Positions 41,933 to 51,940 of a stretch of DNA of 64,000 nucleotides are shown here, piece by piece. The DNA lies in NCBI GenBank assembly GCA_963827235.1, contig CAWHAE010000014.1, forward strand, positions 352,001 to 416,000. The letters are read 5' to 3'. The first letter of the stretch is position 1, and every line of letters starts with the position of its first letter. The position numbers were made by a program, and so were the translations under genes. The notes under the pieces were generated by a model. It was not told the DNA's origin. It searched no databases and saw only the letters and a list, made by a program, of their open reading frames with translations. The stretch is from an uncultured bacterium (lineage in GTDB: Bacteria > Chloroflexota > UBA5177 > JANWHV01).

Positions 41933-42829
41933 ATGGCGACTCCACACTATGGCCTCGATCCCAGCTTCGTCGAGCGCCTAGAGAGGCTGGCCGTCGCGGC
42001 GCGGCAACGCCGGACAGGCTCGGGCGCCGGGCCGAGGCGCTCTCCGGCAATGGGCAGCTCGGTGGAGTTTGCCGATTATCGCACGTATGCCAGGGGCGAC
42101 GACTACCGGCGCATCGACTGGAATGTCTTTGCGCGCATAAACCGACTCTTTCTACGCATCTTCGAGGCCGAGGAGAACAGCACGGTCACGCTCTTTGTGG
42201 ACTGCTCGGCCTCAATGGCAGGCGGCACCCCTACCAAGAGTGTCCTGGCACGCCGAATCGCCTGCGCGCTGGCCTTCGTGGCGCTGGTCAACTACGACAA
42301 AGTGTCCATCGTAGGGATAGGTGAGCGCCTGGGGCCGTACCTATCGCCACGGTCGGGCCGAGGACGCGCGCCCGAAGTCTGGAGGTTCATAGCTGACTTG
42401 CCTTCAGAAGGTCCGACAGACCTCGGCCGGCTCAGGGCATACGCCGGCTACCAGGCTCCGCCCGGCATCGCGGTCGTGCTCAGCGATCTGCTCACCGGCA
42501 GCGACTGGCAGATGGGACTCAGGGCGCTGCAGGCGACGTGCAGGCAAGACGTTACGCTGATTCAGGTGCTGGCTCCCGAGGAGCTTAGCCCGAGTCTGGA
42601 TGGGGACTGGACGCTCGTCGATAGCGAATCCGGAGCCGAGACCGACGTCAGCGTCAATCCCGCCGCCCTGGAGCGCTACCGCAGAGCGCTCGCCGAGTAC
42701 ACCGGTGAGATAGGCGGCTGGTGCGGCAAGCACCGCGTTCCTTTCGGGCAGGTTGCCAGTGACGCCAACGTCGAGCAGGTGCTACTCCGCGACTTGGTCA
42801 AGATGGGCACACTGGGAGGCAGGATGTGA
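41933..42829 (+). CDS. DUF58 domain vWA-like protein
   Basis: GSSVEFADYRTY..GDDYRRIDWN, DCSASM, VLSD. Confidence 0.93.
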   Translation: MATPHYGLDPSFVERLERLAVAARQRRTGSGAGPRRSPAMGSSVEFADYRTYARGDDYRRIDWNVFARINRLFLRIFEAEENSTVTLFVDCSASMAGGTPTKSVLARRIACALAFVALVNYDKVSIVGIGERLGPYLSPRSGRGRAPEVWRFIADLPSEGPTDLGRLRAYAGYQAPPGIAVVLSDLLTGSDWQMGLRALQATCRQDVTLIQVLAPEELSPSLDGDWTLVDSESGAETDVSVNPAALERYRRALAEYTGEIGGWCGKHRVPFGQVASDANVEQVLLRDLVKMGTLGGRM

Positions 42830-44694
42830 TCGACTTCGCTGCGCCCGCTGCCGCGGCTTTCGGCCTGGCAGGTGCACTCATAGTCGCGCAGTATTTCCTG
42901 AAGCTACGCCGGGTGCGCAAGCCGGTGCCGAGCACGTTTCTCTGGGAGCGGGCCACCGTCGACACGCGGGCGAACTCACCATGGCAGCGGCTGCGGCCCG
43001 AGCCGCTGTTGATCCTGCAGGTCGCGGCGGTGGTCGCTATCACGCTCGCCCTCATGAAGCCCTACGTACTCCGTGCTGGCTCGTTCGGATCGGACATCGT
43101 CATCGTTCTCGACGCGTCCATTACCGCGCAGGCCGAGGACGGCAGTCAGACACGATTTGAAAGCGAGATCGCCGCTGCCCGGGCGCTCGTGGCCGATTTG
43201 CCCCAGGACAAGTCGGTCGGCGTCGTGCGCATGGACGGCAGGCCCCGCGTAGTGTTGGCCGCGAGCGCCAATCGCGGAGCCTTGCGCTCGGTCCTCTCCA
43301 GCCAGCGCCCGGGCTATGAGCAGCCGGACGTGGCCGGTGCTCTGAGCCTGGCCTACGCGCTGGCGTCGCCCGCCGGCGGCCTTCGCGCCGCACTCGTCCT
43401 GCTGCGTTCCGTCGACACGCGGCTGCCTACATTGCAGACGGACGTTCCCTACCGCGTCGAGACTTTCGGCAGCCCCGGAGATCGGAATCTGGGCGTCGAT
43501 TCGCTGGTTGCCTCACAGTCCTCCGCCGGCACCGTGACGGCCACGTTCAGAGTTGTGAACACGGGCAGCACGGCCGCTCAGAGCGACATCGACGTGCTTG
43601 CCGATGGGCGCCTCGAGGCCGTCGAGCATGTCTCGCTCGGGGCGCGGCAGTCTACACTCGAGACCGGCACATTCCTGGCCAGGCCGGCATCGACAGTCGA
43701 AGCGCTGTTGGTCGCGCACGACTCGCTGCCGGCCGACAACGCGACATGGGCGCCACTGCAGAGTCAGCCCGCACGGCGAGTAATGGTCGTCGGCAACGGC
43801 GACGTGTTTCTGCAAGCGGCCCTGAACTCCGTCCCCAACACCGAGGTAACCGCCGTTTCGCCTTCGGCCTACACCCCTCTCGCGGCGGAGAGTCAGGACC
43901 TGGCGGTCTTCGACGGTGTGGTCCCGAAGACTCTGCCGTCGACTAATCTGCTGCTCATCGGCCCAACAAGGGACGTGCTTGGCGTGCGGATCGGCGCCGG
44001 CAGGTCCGTCGGTCCGATTCACATCGACGATGACCCAAACGGTCTGTTGCGTTACCTGTCCACATCGGACGTCCACGTGTTCAAGGCGCGTGCCGCGACC
44101 GTGCCGGGCTGGGCGCATGCCGCGCTGCAGGACGCTCAGGGCCCGCTCATGCTCGAAGGCACCAGCGGTGGGGCAAACGGCAGGCGGGCGGTAGTGATCG
44201 TGTTCGACCTGAGCCAGTCGGATCTGGCGCTCAGCCTGGACTTCCCGGTGCTTGTGAGCGACCTGCTGGACTGGCTGGCTCCTACAGGCTTCATAGATCG
44301 CACCGTGCTCCATCCCGGCGCGTTCGTGAGCGTAATCCTACCTGATGAGCTGGCACGAGCCTCGATCGTCGATCCGGAGGGTGTCGTGCACGAACTCGCG
44401 TCAAGCATGACCGACCAGGGAAGCGTTCAGGCCGAGTTCAGCGCCACGGATCAGCCCGGTGCCTATACGCTCCGTGTCACCGCCGGGTCCGCGGTGCGGC
44501 TATCGCGATTCGTGGTCGACCCCGTGCTGCAGCCAGAGGAAGGCGCCAGCGGCCAGGTCGTCAGCTCCGTGCCGAAAAGCACGAACGTCTCCGCTGCCAA
44601 CGCCAAGGTACCCGATTCACTGACAAGCGCGGCCGCCCTGATCGTGCTCGGCGTCCTCGCCGCCGAGTGGCTGGTAGCCATGCGCCGGCAATGA
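42826..44694 (+). CDS. BatA N-terminal + vWA domain membrane protein
   Basis: BatA-like N-terminus (YFLK.RR...VPSTFLW..LLILQ..ALMKP), DASIT MIDAS-like motif, C-terminal TM ending EWLV. Confidence 0.85.
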   Translation: MIDFAAPAAAAFGLAGALIVAQYFLKLRRVRKPVPSTFLWERATVDTRANSPWQRLRPEPLLILQVAAVVAITLALMKPYVLRAGSFGSDIVIVLDASITAQAEDGSQTRFESEIAAARALVADLPQDKSVGVVRMDGRPRVVLAASANRGALRSVLSSQRPGYEQPDVAGALSLAYALASPAGGLRAALVLLRSVDTRLPTLQTDVPYRVETFGSPGDRNLGVDSLVASQSSAGTVTATFRVVNTGSTAAQSDIDVLADGRLEAVEHVSLGARQSTLETGTFLARPASTVEALLVAHDSLPADNATWAPLQSQPARRVMVVGNGDVFLQAALNSVPNTEVTAVSPSAYTPLAAESQDLAVFDGVVPKTLPSTNLLLIGPTRDVLGVRIGAGRSVGPIHIDDDPNGLLRYLSTSDVHVFKARAATVPGWAHAALQDAQGPLMLEGTSGGANGRRAVVIVFDLSQSDLALSLDFPVLVSDLLDWLAPTGFIDRTVLHPGAFVSVILPDELARASIVDPEGVVHELASSMTDQGSVQAEFSATDQPGAYTLRVTAGSAVRLSRFVVDPVLQPEEGASGQVVSSVPKSTNVSAANAKVPDSLTSAAALIVLGVLAAEWLVAMRRQ

Positions 44695-47582
44695 GCTTCG
44701 ACACTCCTGGCATACTTCTCCTGCTTCCGGCGCTGCTCGTCTGGACAGTGTGGCTGTGGATCCTGCGGCAGCGCGGCCGGCCTACGGCGAGGCGTGTGCT
44801 GTCCTTGGCGCTCCGCGCGATCATCTTCACCGCCCTGGTACTTGCCGCGGCTGGAATGACCCTCGAGCGGCCCACCGGTGTCCAGGCAGTGGCGTTCGTC
44901 GCAGACCTTTCAGCGAGCACCGGCGGCAGCCAGTCCTACGAAGCGCGCTTCATCGCCTCGGCCTTGCAGGCGCGAGGCTCGAACGATCTGGCGTCGATCG
45001 TCGCCACGGGCCAGTCCTCTGTCGTGGAACAGCCGCCGCAACCGCTCGCGGATTTCCGGCAATTCGAGTCGGTCGTCAACCCCGACTATACGAACCTCGA
45101 GTCCGGTCTTGCGCTTGGCGGTGCTCTGCTGCCCTCGAGCTACCGGCGCAGAGTCGTGCTGCTCAGCGACGGCCGGGAAAACCTTGGCGACGCGGTGGGT
45201 GAAGCCCAGCTTCTGCGCAGTGAAGGCATCCGCGTGGACACCGTGGCCGTCAGCGCGCAGTCCGGGCCCGAGGTACGCGTCGATTCGCTTACGATCCCGG
45301 CAAGCATGCATCAGGGCGAGCAGTTCACTGTCGCCGCCGCCGTACACAGCACGGTACGGACAGCGGCTAGCTATCAGTTCTTCCAGGATGGTGTTCTCGC
45401 TGCGTCAGGTACTGCGGCGATTCAGGCCGGTGAAACGACCATCAGCCGCTCGTTCCGGGCCGGATCGCCCGGAGTCCATACCTATTCCGTCCAGCTGCAG
45501 CCGGTCGAGGACACGCTTTCCGAGAACAACCAGGCAAGCGCCTTCACGACCATTTCCGGCCCTGCACGTGTGCTGGTCGTGGAAGGCACTCCGGGCGAAG
45601 GCAGTAACGTTGTGGCCTCCCTGCGTGCCTCACGACTGACCGTCGACGTGATCGAAGCCGACGCCCTCACATCCGATCTGTCAGTGCTGCAACGCTACGC
45701 CTCTATCGTGCTCGTCGACGTGCCTGCCGACGTGCTCGGCGACAGCACCATGGAAGCTATCCGATCGTTCGTCGGGGACCTTGGCCACGGCCTGGTGGTG
45801 ATAGGCGGCACGGACAGTTACGGGCTGGGCAATTACGGTTCCACGCCTCTGGAGACTGCAATGCCCGTGAGCATGGACCTGCCCAAGCGCAAGGACCTGC
45901 CGACGGCGGCCGTGGTACTGATCATCGAGGATCTGGAATCGCAGACGAGCGTCAACATCTCGAAGAAGGCAGGCGAGGGAGTGGTCGGCCTACTCAATCC
46001 CCAGGATCAGGTCGCGGTAAGCGACGCGCAGCCGGGGCTCGTGTGGCCCATGAGCCACGTTACCAACAAAGCGGCCATCGTGCAGGCCATCGAAGCGATG
46101 CAGCCGGAGGACCCTCCAAGCTATGCCCCGTTCCTCGAGCAGGCCTACGAGATTCTGAAGAGCGCCCAGGCCCAGACCAAGCACATCATTCTGCTGGGCG
46201 ACGGCGATGCCGCCAGCGGCGACACCACGAGCATTCTGCAGCAGATCTACAGGGCCGGCATTCGCGTCTCCACTATCGAGACGAACGCCGCTGCGCCGTC
46301 CGACTTTCAGAACCTTGAGGACATCGCGCGTTACGGCGGTGGCAAGTACTATCCCGCCGACAATGTGAACACCATTCCGCAGATCTTCCTCAAGGTTGCG
46401 CGCACCGTGGCCCACAGCGGCATCATGCAGGGGAAGTTCTTCCCCGAAGCCGTGGCACCCAGTCCGATCATCGACGGGCTGGTAGGCGTTCCCGCCCTGA
46501 CGGGTTACGTCATCACGACGCCCAAGCCGCTGGCCACCGTGGTGCTTGCCAGCACGAAGAGCGATCCGGTTCTGGCCCAGTGGCAGTATGGACTCGGGCG
46601 ATCGGTGGCCTGGACAAGCGACGCCGCCGGTGTGTGGACGTCGGCGTGGCTCACCTCGCCGCAGACTCGCAAGCTCTGGGCATCCATGGTGAACTGGACT
46701 CTGCCGCCGCAGCAGACCGTGAGCCTTGCGCTTTCCTCCTCGGTGTCCGACAGCACCATGAATGTCGACGTGGTCAGCGTCGACGGACAGCCGTATCGCT
46801 CGCTCACTGCACACATCGTCGGCCCACAGGGCACACAGACGATCGCTCTGCAGCCGTCGGCACCAAACGAATACGACGGGCAGGCTCCGGCTGCCGCTGC
46901 CGGTGTCTATCTCCTCGACGTGCAGGCTCGGCCGGTCTCGTCGCGATCCACCAGTTTGACGCGAACCGTGAGCGGCGGACTGGTCGTGCCCTACGCCCCC
47001 GACTATCGGGATGCCGGCGTCGATCAGACACTCCTCCGTGCGATAGCCGCCGCCGGCGGAGGCACGGTGCTCACGCGGCCAGGCGAAGCCTTCGCTCCGA
47101 ATCTCCGGCCCGTCGATGTCGCATCGCCGCTGCAGGAAGCACTGCTCATTCTCGCCCTGGCGCTGATCCCTGTCGACGTGGGTGCGCGCAGGCTGGTGCT
47201 GCAGCGCGCGGATTGGCTTGCCCTGCTGCGCGCCTTGGGTCTCCGCCGAGCGACGGCGAGCACGGGGCAAGCGCCTTCTCCGCTCGCCGGCGTCCGGGTG
47301 CGTCACAACGCTCGCGCGCGACGTCCGCGCGACCGGGCTATCGAGCCAATCGCACATGTTGCCTTCCCCGCGGCAAGTGTCCCGCCGGCGTCGGACCGCG
47401 GTGCCTTACCGGCGTTGACACAGGCTCAGCCCGGCCGGAGCGCCGCGACAGCAGCCGGCGCTACTGCGCCGCGAGGGGAAGGAGCGCTCGCGCCGCCCGA
47501 ACACGGTGCAGGTCTGGAGGATCAGCCGCCGCCGTCGTCGAGCAGATTGCTTGACGCGAAGCGGCGCGCACGGCGGCAGTAA
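44691..47582 (+). CDS. double vWA + glutamine-amidotransferase-like membrane protein
   Basis: N-terminal TMs, DLSAS..LLSDG, Ig-like DTLSENN, GLVVIGG.DSYG.G.Y, WQYGLGRSVAWTSD, C-terminal TM. Confidence 0.85.
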   Translation: MSFDTPGILLLLPALLVWTVWLWILRQRGRPTARRVLSLALRAIIFTALVLAAAGMTLERPTGVQAVAFVADLSASTGGSQSYEARFIASALQARGSNDLASIVATGQSSVVEQPPQPLADFRQFESVVNPDYTNLESGLALGGALLPSSYRRRVVLLSDGRENLGDAVGEAQLLRSEGIRVDTVAVSAQSGPEVRVDSLTIPASMHQGEQFTVAAAVHSTVRTAASYQFFQDGVLAASGTAAIQAGETTISRSFRAGSPGVHTYSVQLQPVEDTLSENNQASAFTTISGPARVLVVEGTPGEGSNVVASLRASRLTVDVIEADALTSDLSVLQRYASIVLVDVPADVLGDSTMEAIRSFVGDLGHGLVVIGGTDSYGLGNYGSTPLETAMPVSMDLPKRKDLPTAAVVLIIEDLESQTSVNISKKAGEGVVGLLNPQDQVAVSDAQPGLVWPMSHVTNKAAIVQAIEAMQPEDPPSYAPFLEQAYEILKSAQAQTKHIILLGDGDAASGDTTSILQQIYRAGIRVSTIETNAAAPSDFQNLEDIARYGGGKYYPADNVNTIPQIFLKVARTVAHSGIMQGKFFPEAVAPSPIIDGLVGVPALTGYVITTPKPLATVVLASTKSDPVLAQWQYGLGRSVAWTSDAAGVWTSAWLTSPQTRKLWASMVNWTLPPQQTVSLALSSSVSDSTMNVDVVSVDGQPYRSLTAHIVGPQGTQTIALQPSAPNEYDGQAPAAAAGVYLLDVQARPVSSRSTSLTRTVSGGLVVPYAPDYRDAGVDQTLLRAIAAAGGGTVLTRPGEAFAPNLRPVDVASPLQEALLILALALIPVDVGARRLVLQRADWLALLRALGLRRATASTGQAPSPLAGVRVRHNARARRPRDRAIEPIAHVAFPAASVPPASDRGALPALTQAQPGRSAATAAGATAPRGEGALAPPEHGAGLEDQPPPSSSRLLDAKRRARRQ

Positions 47583-47604
47583 GTAGCCCCGGCGGGCGGC
47601 GCGC

Positions 47605-48510
47605 TCACGAAGCGGCGAGGGCCACGATGACGCCGAGAACGGTCAGCCCGTTCACCATGGCATGAAGCATGATGCTGGAATACAGTGACTTGGTTCGCTC
47701 CACCAGAGTGCCGAACACGATGCCCATGAATACCAGCCAGGGCAGGACCGTGGGCGATCCGTGCAGGGCCGCGAAAGCAATGGCAGTGCTGACAACCGTT
47801 GCCAGCCCAGAGCATCGACCGCGTATCAGCCTGAACAGGAAGCCTCGGAAGAACACTTCTTCCGCCACTGGCGCAAGAACGACCAGCAGGACGAACAGCA
47901 TCAGGAAGCTGCCGGCCGAGGCGGACATGTCCTGCGTCAGCACCGACACCTGGGAGGCGCGAGGAGCCGTGCCGAGAAGGGTCTGCGACGACAGGTTGAT
48001 GGCGACGCCAGCGACGGTGACCGGCACGAACATCATCGCTACGCGGCCCACCGTGCGACGGGAGACCGGCCGCAGACCAAGTGCCGCCAAAGAAACGCCG
48101 TACTTTACGACGCTCTGCCGGTATACGGCGTAGACGAGGCCGCCATACAAGCCGGCACCTACCACGAGATCGGTCAGCACGCCAGAATACGGTCCGATCG
48201 CGGCGGTGAGCCGGTCGTACGCTCCATCGGGAAGCAGCCAGGTCATCTCGCCCACCAGGTACACCGTTGAGACCACGAGGCGAATGAGAATCATGGCAAG
48301 GATCGTGCTGGTGGCAATAGCTACTGTCCACAGCAGCACGAATCCCAGATCGTTGAATCCCCACGGAGCCGGCTCCACTGCTTCAGCCCGGGCTCCTCCA
48401 TGCTTCCAGGTTGGCCGAAAGGAGGTGACCAGTCGCACGCGATCCAGGGGTCCGCCAAGCCAACGGCCCGCATACGGGCCAAGAGTTCTTCGTTCAAGCA
48501 TCGTCAGCAC
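47605..48510 (-). CDS. CPBP (CAAX/Abi) family intramembrane metalloprotease
   Basis: EEVFFRG, FAALH, HAMVN motifs and multiple TMs. Start is uncertain. Confidence 0.9.
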   Translation of the reverse strand: MLTMLERRTLGPYAGRWLGGPLDRVRLVTSFRPTWKHGGARAEAVEPAPWGFNDLGFVLLWTVAIATSTILAMILIRLVVSTVYLVGEMTWLLPDGAYDRLTAAIGPYSGVLTDLVVGAGLYGGLVYAVYRQSVVKYGVSLAALGLRPVSRRTVGRVAMMFVPVTVAGVAINLSSQTLLGTAPRASQVSVLTQDMSASAGSFLMLFVLLVVLAPVAEEVFFRGFLFRLIRGRCSGLATVVSTAIAFAALHGSPTVLPWLVFMGIVFGTLVERTKSLYSSIMLHAMVNGLTVLGVIVALAAS

Positions 48511-48863
48511 CTACACTGCTGCTAGCCGTGGCTCGCCGTCAGCGGCCGTATGTCGTGACCGGCGAGTCGGTCGCAGCGTCTGACCGGGAATTCGCACCCC
48601 GGCGCCTCATCAGTATAGGTGAGCGGCGATCTGGTATCGGGTGGTTATGCACATCGAGCGGACCGGTTCCTGCCGGGTTGGCGACGGAGTGCTGCTTCCG
48701 GTCTCTCACGTACTGGCGAGCCCCGCGGGAATGGCCTGCTCGTCTTACCGTCTCCGCATGCGTCAAAGCACGCCTACGATGCCGAGCGGTACCGAAGCGG
48801 AACATGCTGGCCGGGCGCGCCTCACACCTGGCGAGCGGCCCGGCAATTCGCTGCGCTGACCGC

Positions 48864-49154
48864 CTACCGGCCGCGCGACAGGGGCGTGCCCGCCGGTTCA
48901 TTCATCCTGGCGGCGTTGTTCGCGGTGACCATTGCGCGGTTCCGAGCTCGCCGCCTGCGTGTGAGCATGAGCACTGCCGAGGACGATAGACCCCAGAAGA
49001 ACAGCAGAGCCCCGAGGGCCGACACGTCGACGCTGGCGACGCCGATTCCGAGGAAGAATATGGCCACACCGATCACCACGATCACCAGCGGTACCTTGAC
49101 TGGCTTTCTAGGCCGCTCCGCGCGCTTCCCGACCGTCGATTGTGACATCCCCAT
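48864..49154 (-). CDS. small 2-TM membrane protein
   Basis: GGAGG RBS; two hydrophobic helices flanked by basic residues. Confidence 0.65.
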   Translation of the reverse strand: MGMSQSTVGKRAERPRKPVKVPLVIVVIGVAIFFLGIGVASVDVSALGALLFFWGLSSSAVLMLTRRRRARNRAMVTANNAARMNEPAGTPLSRGR

Positions 49155-49254
49155 CCAGTTGTTCACCTCCCGGTTGTGCCGTTGATCCCTATGCAGTGGC
49201 GCCGCCCGCCACCGCTCCGGACGGCGGCCGAGCCTACGCTTCCCATGTGCCCGG

Positions 49255-49926
49255 TCAATTCGGATTCGAGTATTGTCGCGCGTAGGCCGACCCAAGGGCG
49301 GACATGCGCTCCAGTATGGCGAGCTCGCGGTGAAGGATCGCCAGCTCGAGCTGCAGCCGCATTTCGGCGGTCTCCGCCTCCAGCACCGCCTGCAGCGCCT
49401 CGGGAGCGCTCGGCTGGAGCTGCTGAATGATGCTCGCCAGGCGGTACGACAGATCTACCGCTCCGGTAGGTAGATCGACTTCCAGTGGCTCCTGGTCCAC
49501 TTGCTGCAACAGGAGCCCGATATATCGGCGGATAGAGTGGCTACAGGACGCGGCCAGATGAGGCGTCCACTGCTCGTCGCCGACAGGCTCCTCGAGGATC
49601 TCCACTGCAGCGTGCAGGTATGCCCGATCGAAGCAGCGCTCGTGAACGCGGAAGCGTTGCCTGCCCTCCGCCACGATGTTCATCCGCCCGTCCGACAGCC
49701 GATTTGTCTCCATTATCTCCGCGACGGTGCCGATATCGATCGACGCCGGCGCATCCGCTGCCTGTCCGTGGCGCGAGGGCTGCAGCAGCACGCCGAAGCG
49801 ACCATCAGTGGCAAGACAGTTGGCGACCATTTCCCGGTATCTGGGCTCGAAAATGTGGAGAGGCAGCGACATCTCAGGCACCAACACAACATCCAGGGGG
49901 AACAACGGAAGGTCAATGTGGCTCAT
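49255..49926 (-). CDS. Lon N-terminal (substrate-binding) domain protein
   Basis: LPLFPL.VVL.P...PLHIFEPRY, DGR.NI...G..RF. Confidence 0.92.
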   Translation of the reverse strand: MSHIDLPLFPLDVVLVPEMSLPLHIFEPRYREMVANCLATDGRFGVLLQPSRHGQAADAPASIDIGTVAEIMETNRLSDGRMNIVAEGRQRFRVHERCFDRAYLHAAVEILEEPVGDEQWTPHLAASCSHSIRRYIGLLLQQVDQEPLEVDLPTGAVDLSYRLASIIQQLQPSAPEALQAVLEAETAEMRLQLELAILHRELAILERMSALGSAYARQYSNPN

Positions 49927-50210
49927 CGTTCGTTCCCGTACCCTCAACACTACGTGCCTCGCCTCGCGAGTCGGGGCACTCCACCCGGAGCCAAAGCACG
50001 CGCACTGTCTGGTAGCTCCACGTACGATATGAGCGTTACCCTAGACTATCATCGGCCACGGCGAACAACAAGTACGCCCCCATCTACAGCCTCACACGGA
50101 GTCACGACCGGCATCTCCCGGTACCCTGGAAGTGACGCGCCGTGGCGCACACCACTTCGTACGCGACGATCGGGCGCAGTCTGACGCGACACTTGGAGGA
50201 GATCTCGAGT

Positions 50211-51050
50211 ATGGGCCCCGTGGTAGATCGTGACGTTACAGCGCCGGAATTCGCCGAGCGCGTGGTGAAGCGCTCGGCGACCGTGCCGGTTGTGGTAGAC
50301 TTCTGGGCGACTTGGTGCCAGCCTTGCCGCATTATCTCGCCGACGCTCGAGCGGCTCGAGCGGGCGGCCGGCGGAACGTGGGAGCTCGTCAAGGTCGACA
50401 TCGACCGGGAGCCCGCCCTTGCGGCCGAGTACAGGATTACCAGTATCCCGGCCCTCAAGGGCTTCCGGGACGGTCGCGTGGTGGCTGAGATGGTCGGTGC
50501 CCAGCCCGAAGCTGCCGTTCGCTCGTTCCTGGCCAGCCTGCTTCCGTCGGAAGCGGATCGATTGTACGCCGAGGCCGCGGATCTGCTCGCGGCAGGGTCA
50601 TCTGACCAGGCTGAGAATCGCCTTCGCCAGGTGCTCTCCGCCGACGCCGGTCATACGCGAGGCCTGCTTGCCTTCGGCCTCTTGCTCGCCGACCGCGGGC
50701 AGATCGACGAGGCGGCAGAAACTCTGGAGCGGATTCCTGTCATGGCGGAGGAGTATCGCGAGGCTCGCGCGAAGCTGGCCGCGATAGGCTTTGCGCGGGC
50801 TGCTACTTCGGGCGCCGTCGGTCAAAGTGCTACCACCGCTGAAGACGAACACCTGGCGGAGGGAAACCGCCTGGCTGCTACGGGCGACTATCGGGGTGCA
50901 CTTGGGCATTTTCTCTGGCTGGTGGAGCACAACCGGCGCTATCGAGACGACGAGGGCCGGCGGGCGGCGATCGCCGTCTTCGAGATCCTAGGCCCGGACG
51001 ACCCGGTCACTCTGGAATACAGGCCGCGGCTCTCGTCACTTCTGTTCTGA
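50211..51050 (+). CDS. thioredoxin-TPR co-chaperone (YbbN/CnoX-like)
   Basis: VDFWATWCQPC, GAQPE, TPR-like helices, C-terminal YRPRLSSLLF. Confidence 0.9.
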   Translation: MGPVVDRDVTAPEFAERVVKRSATVPVVVDFWATWCQPCRIISPTLERLERAAGGTWELVKVDIDREPALAAEYRITSIPALKGFRDGRVVAEMVGAQPEAAVRSFLASLLPSEADRLYAEAADLLAAGSSDQAENRLRQVLSADAGHTRGLLAFGLLLADRGQIDEAAETLERIPVMAEEYREARAKLAAIGFARAATSGAVGQSATTAEDEHLAEGNRLAATGDYRGALGHFLWLVEHNRRYRDDEGRRAAIAVFEILGPDDPVTLEYRPRLSSLLF

Positions 51051-51222
51051 GCTCGCGGTGACCACGAAAGCAACGCAGTACCTTCCACACGCTCCGGGGC
51101 TGTTGCCCCGCCGTTACCAGGCCGGCGCCCGGCGGCGCGGGCAGGGACATACTGAGCAGGTGGCGATTCGCGTGAGAGCATCGTCTTGTGCGATCGACCC
51201 CATACCAGCGTTGGCTCTGCGT

Positions 51223-51940
51223 TCATCGATCCCGAGTTGGCGCCGCGCCATCAGCCAGCCAGGTCGCCACCTCGTGCAGGCTCTCGAATCGGCGGAACGC
51301 GCCGGCAAAGTCCTGCCCATCGGTGACCGAATTCGGCACTACGACGCATCGCAGGCCCGCGGCCGTCGCCGCGCGCAGACCAACGGACGAATCCTCAATT
51401 GCCAGAGCCTCTTCTGCCGACAGGCCGAGCCGCCGCATGGCGAGCAGGTGAACGTCTGCCGAGGGCTTGCCCCGCTCGACCTGATCACCTGTGGCCAGGG
51501 CGGTAAAGGTCTGGAGCACGCCGAGCGATTCCAGTGCATGCCGTGCTGATTCGAGTGGCGAATTGGAAGCAAGGGCCACCACGAGACCGAGCCGCGTCGC
51601 CACCTCGATAAGCTCACCGGCTCCCGGCATTGGCGCCAGGCACCGGCTCCGTATGCGCAGGTACGCCTCGGTGTGGGCCGCGCCGTATTGGCTTCGTATG
51701 TCGGGCAGAACGCGGAGGGTGCACAGCTTGTTCCATTCTCCCACCCCTATCAGACCTACCATGCTTCTAATCTCGTCGGCCGTCAAGGGTGCCAGACCGA
51801 GCGAGGCCAGGACCTCATCGTGAGCCTGCCAACTCCAGAATCTCGCTGTCGATCAGCAGGCCGTCGAGGTCGAGCACCAGTGCGCGCAGTCCGACGGGCG
51901 GCTCCGCTACCTCCGCGACAATCGACTTTACTGAACGCAT
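51223..51940 (-). CDS. HAD-IA family phosphatase, with a one-base frameshift near 51841
   Basis: ATG 51940 gives ..LVLDLDGLLIDSE; the next frame gives FWSWQAHDEVL..ASNS..KPSAD..IEDS..G..AG. Confidence 0.85.

Noticed and set aside
47605-48510. CPBP 'Abi' protein as a phage defence system
   Set aside because: The Abi name of this family is historical; the motifs indicate an intramembrane protease and there is no defence context.
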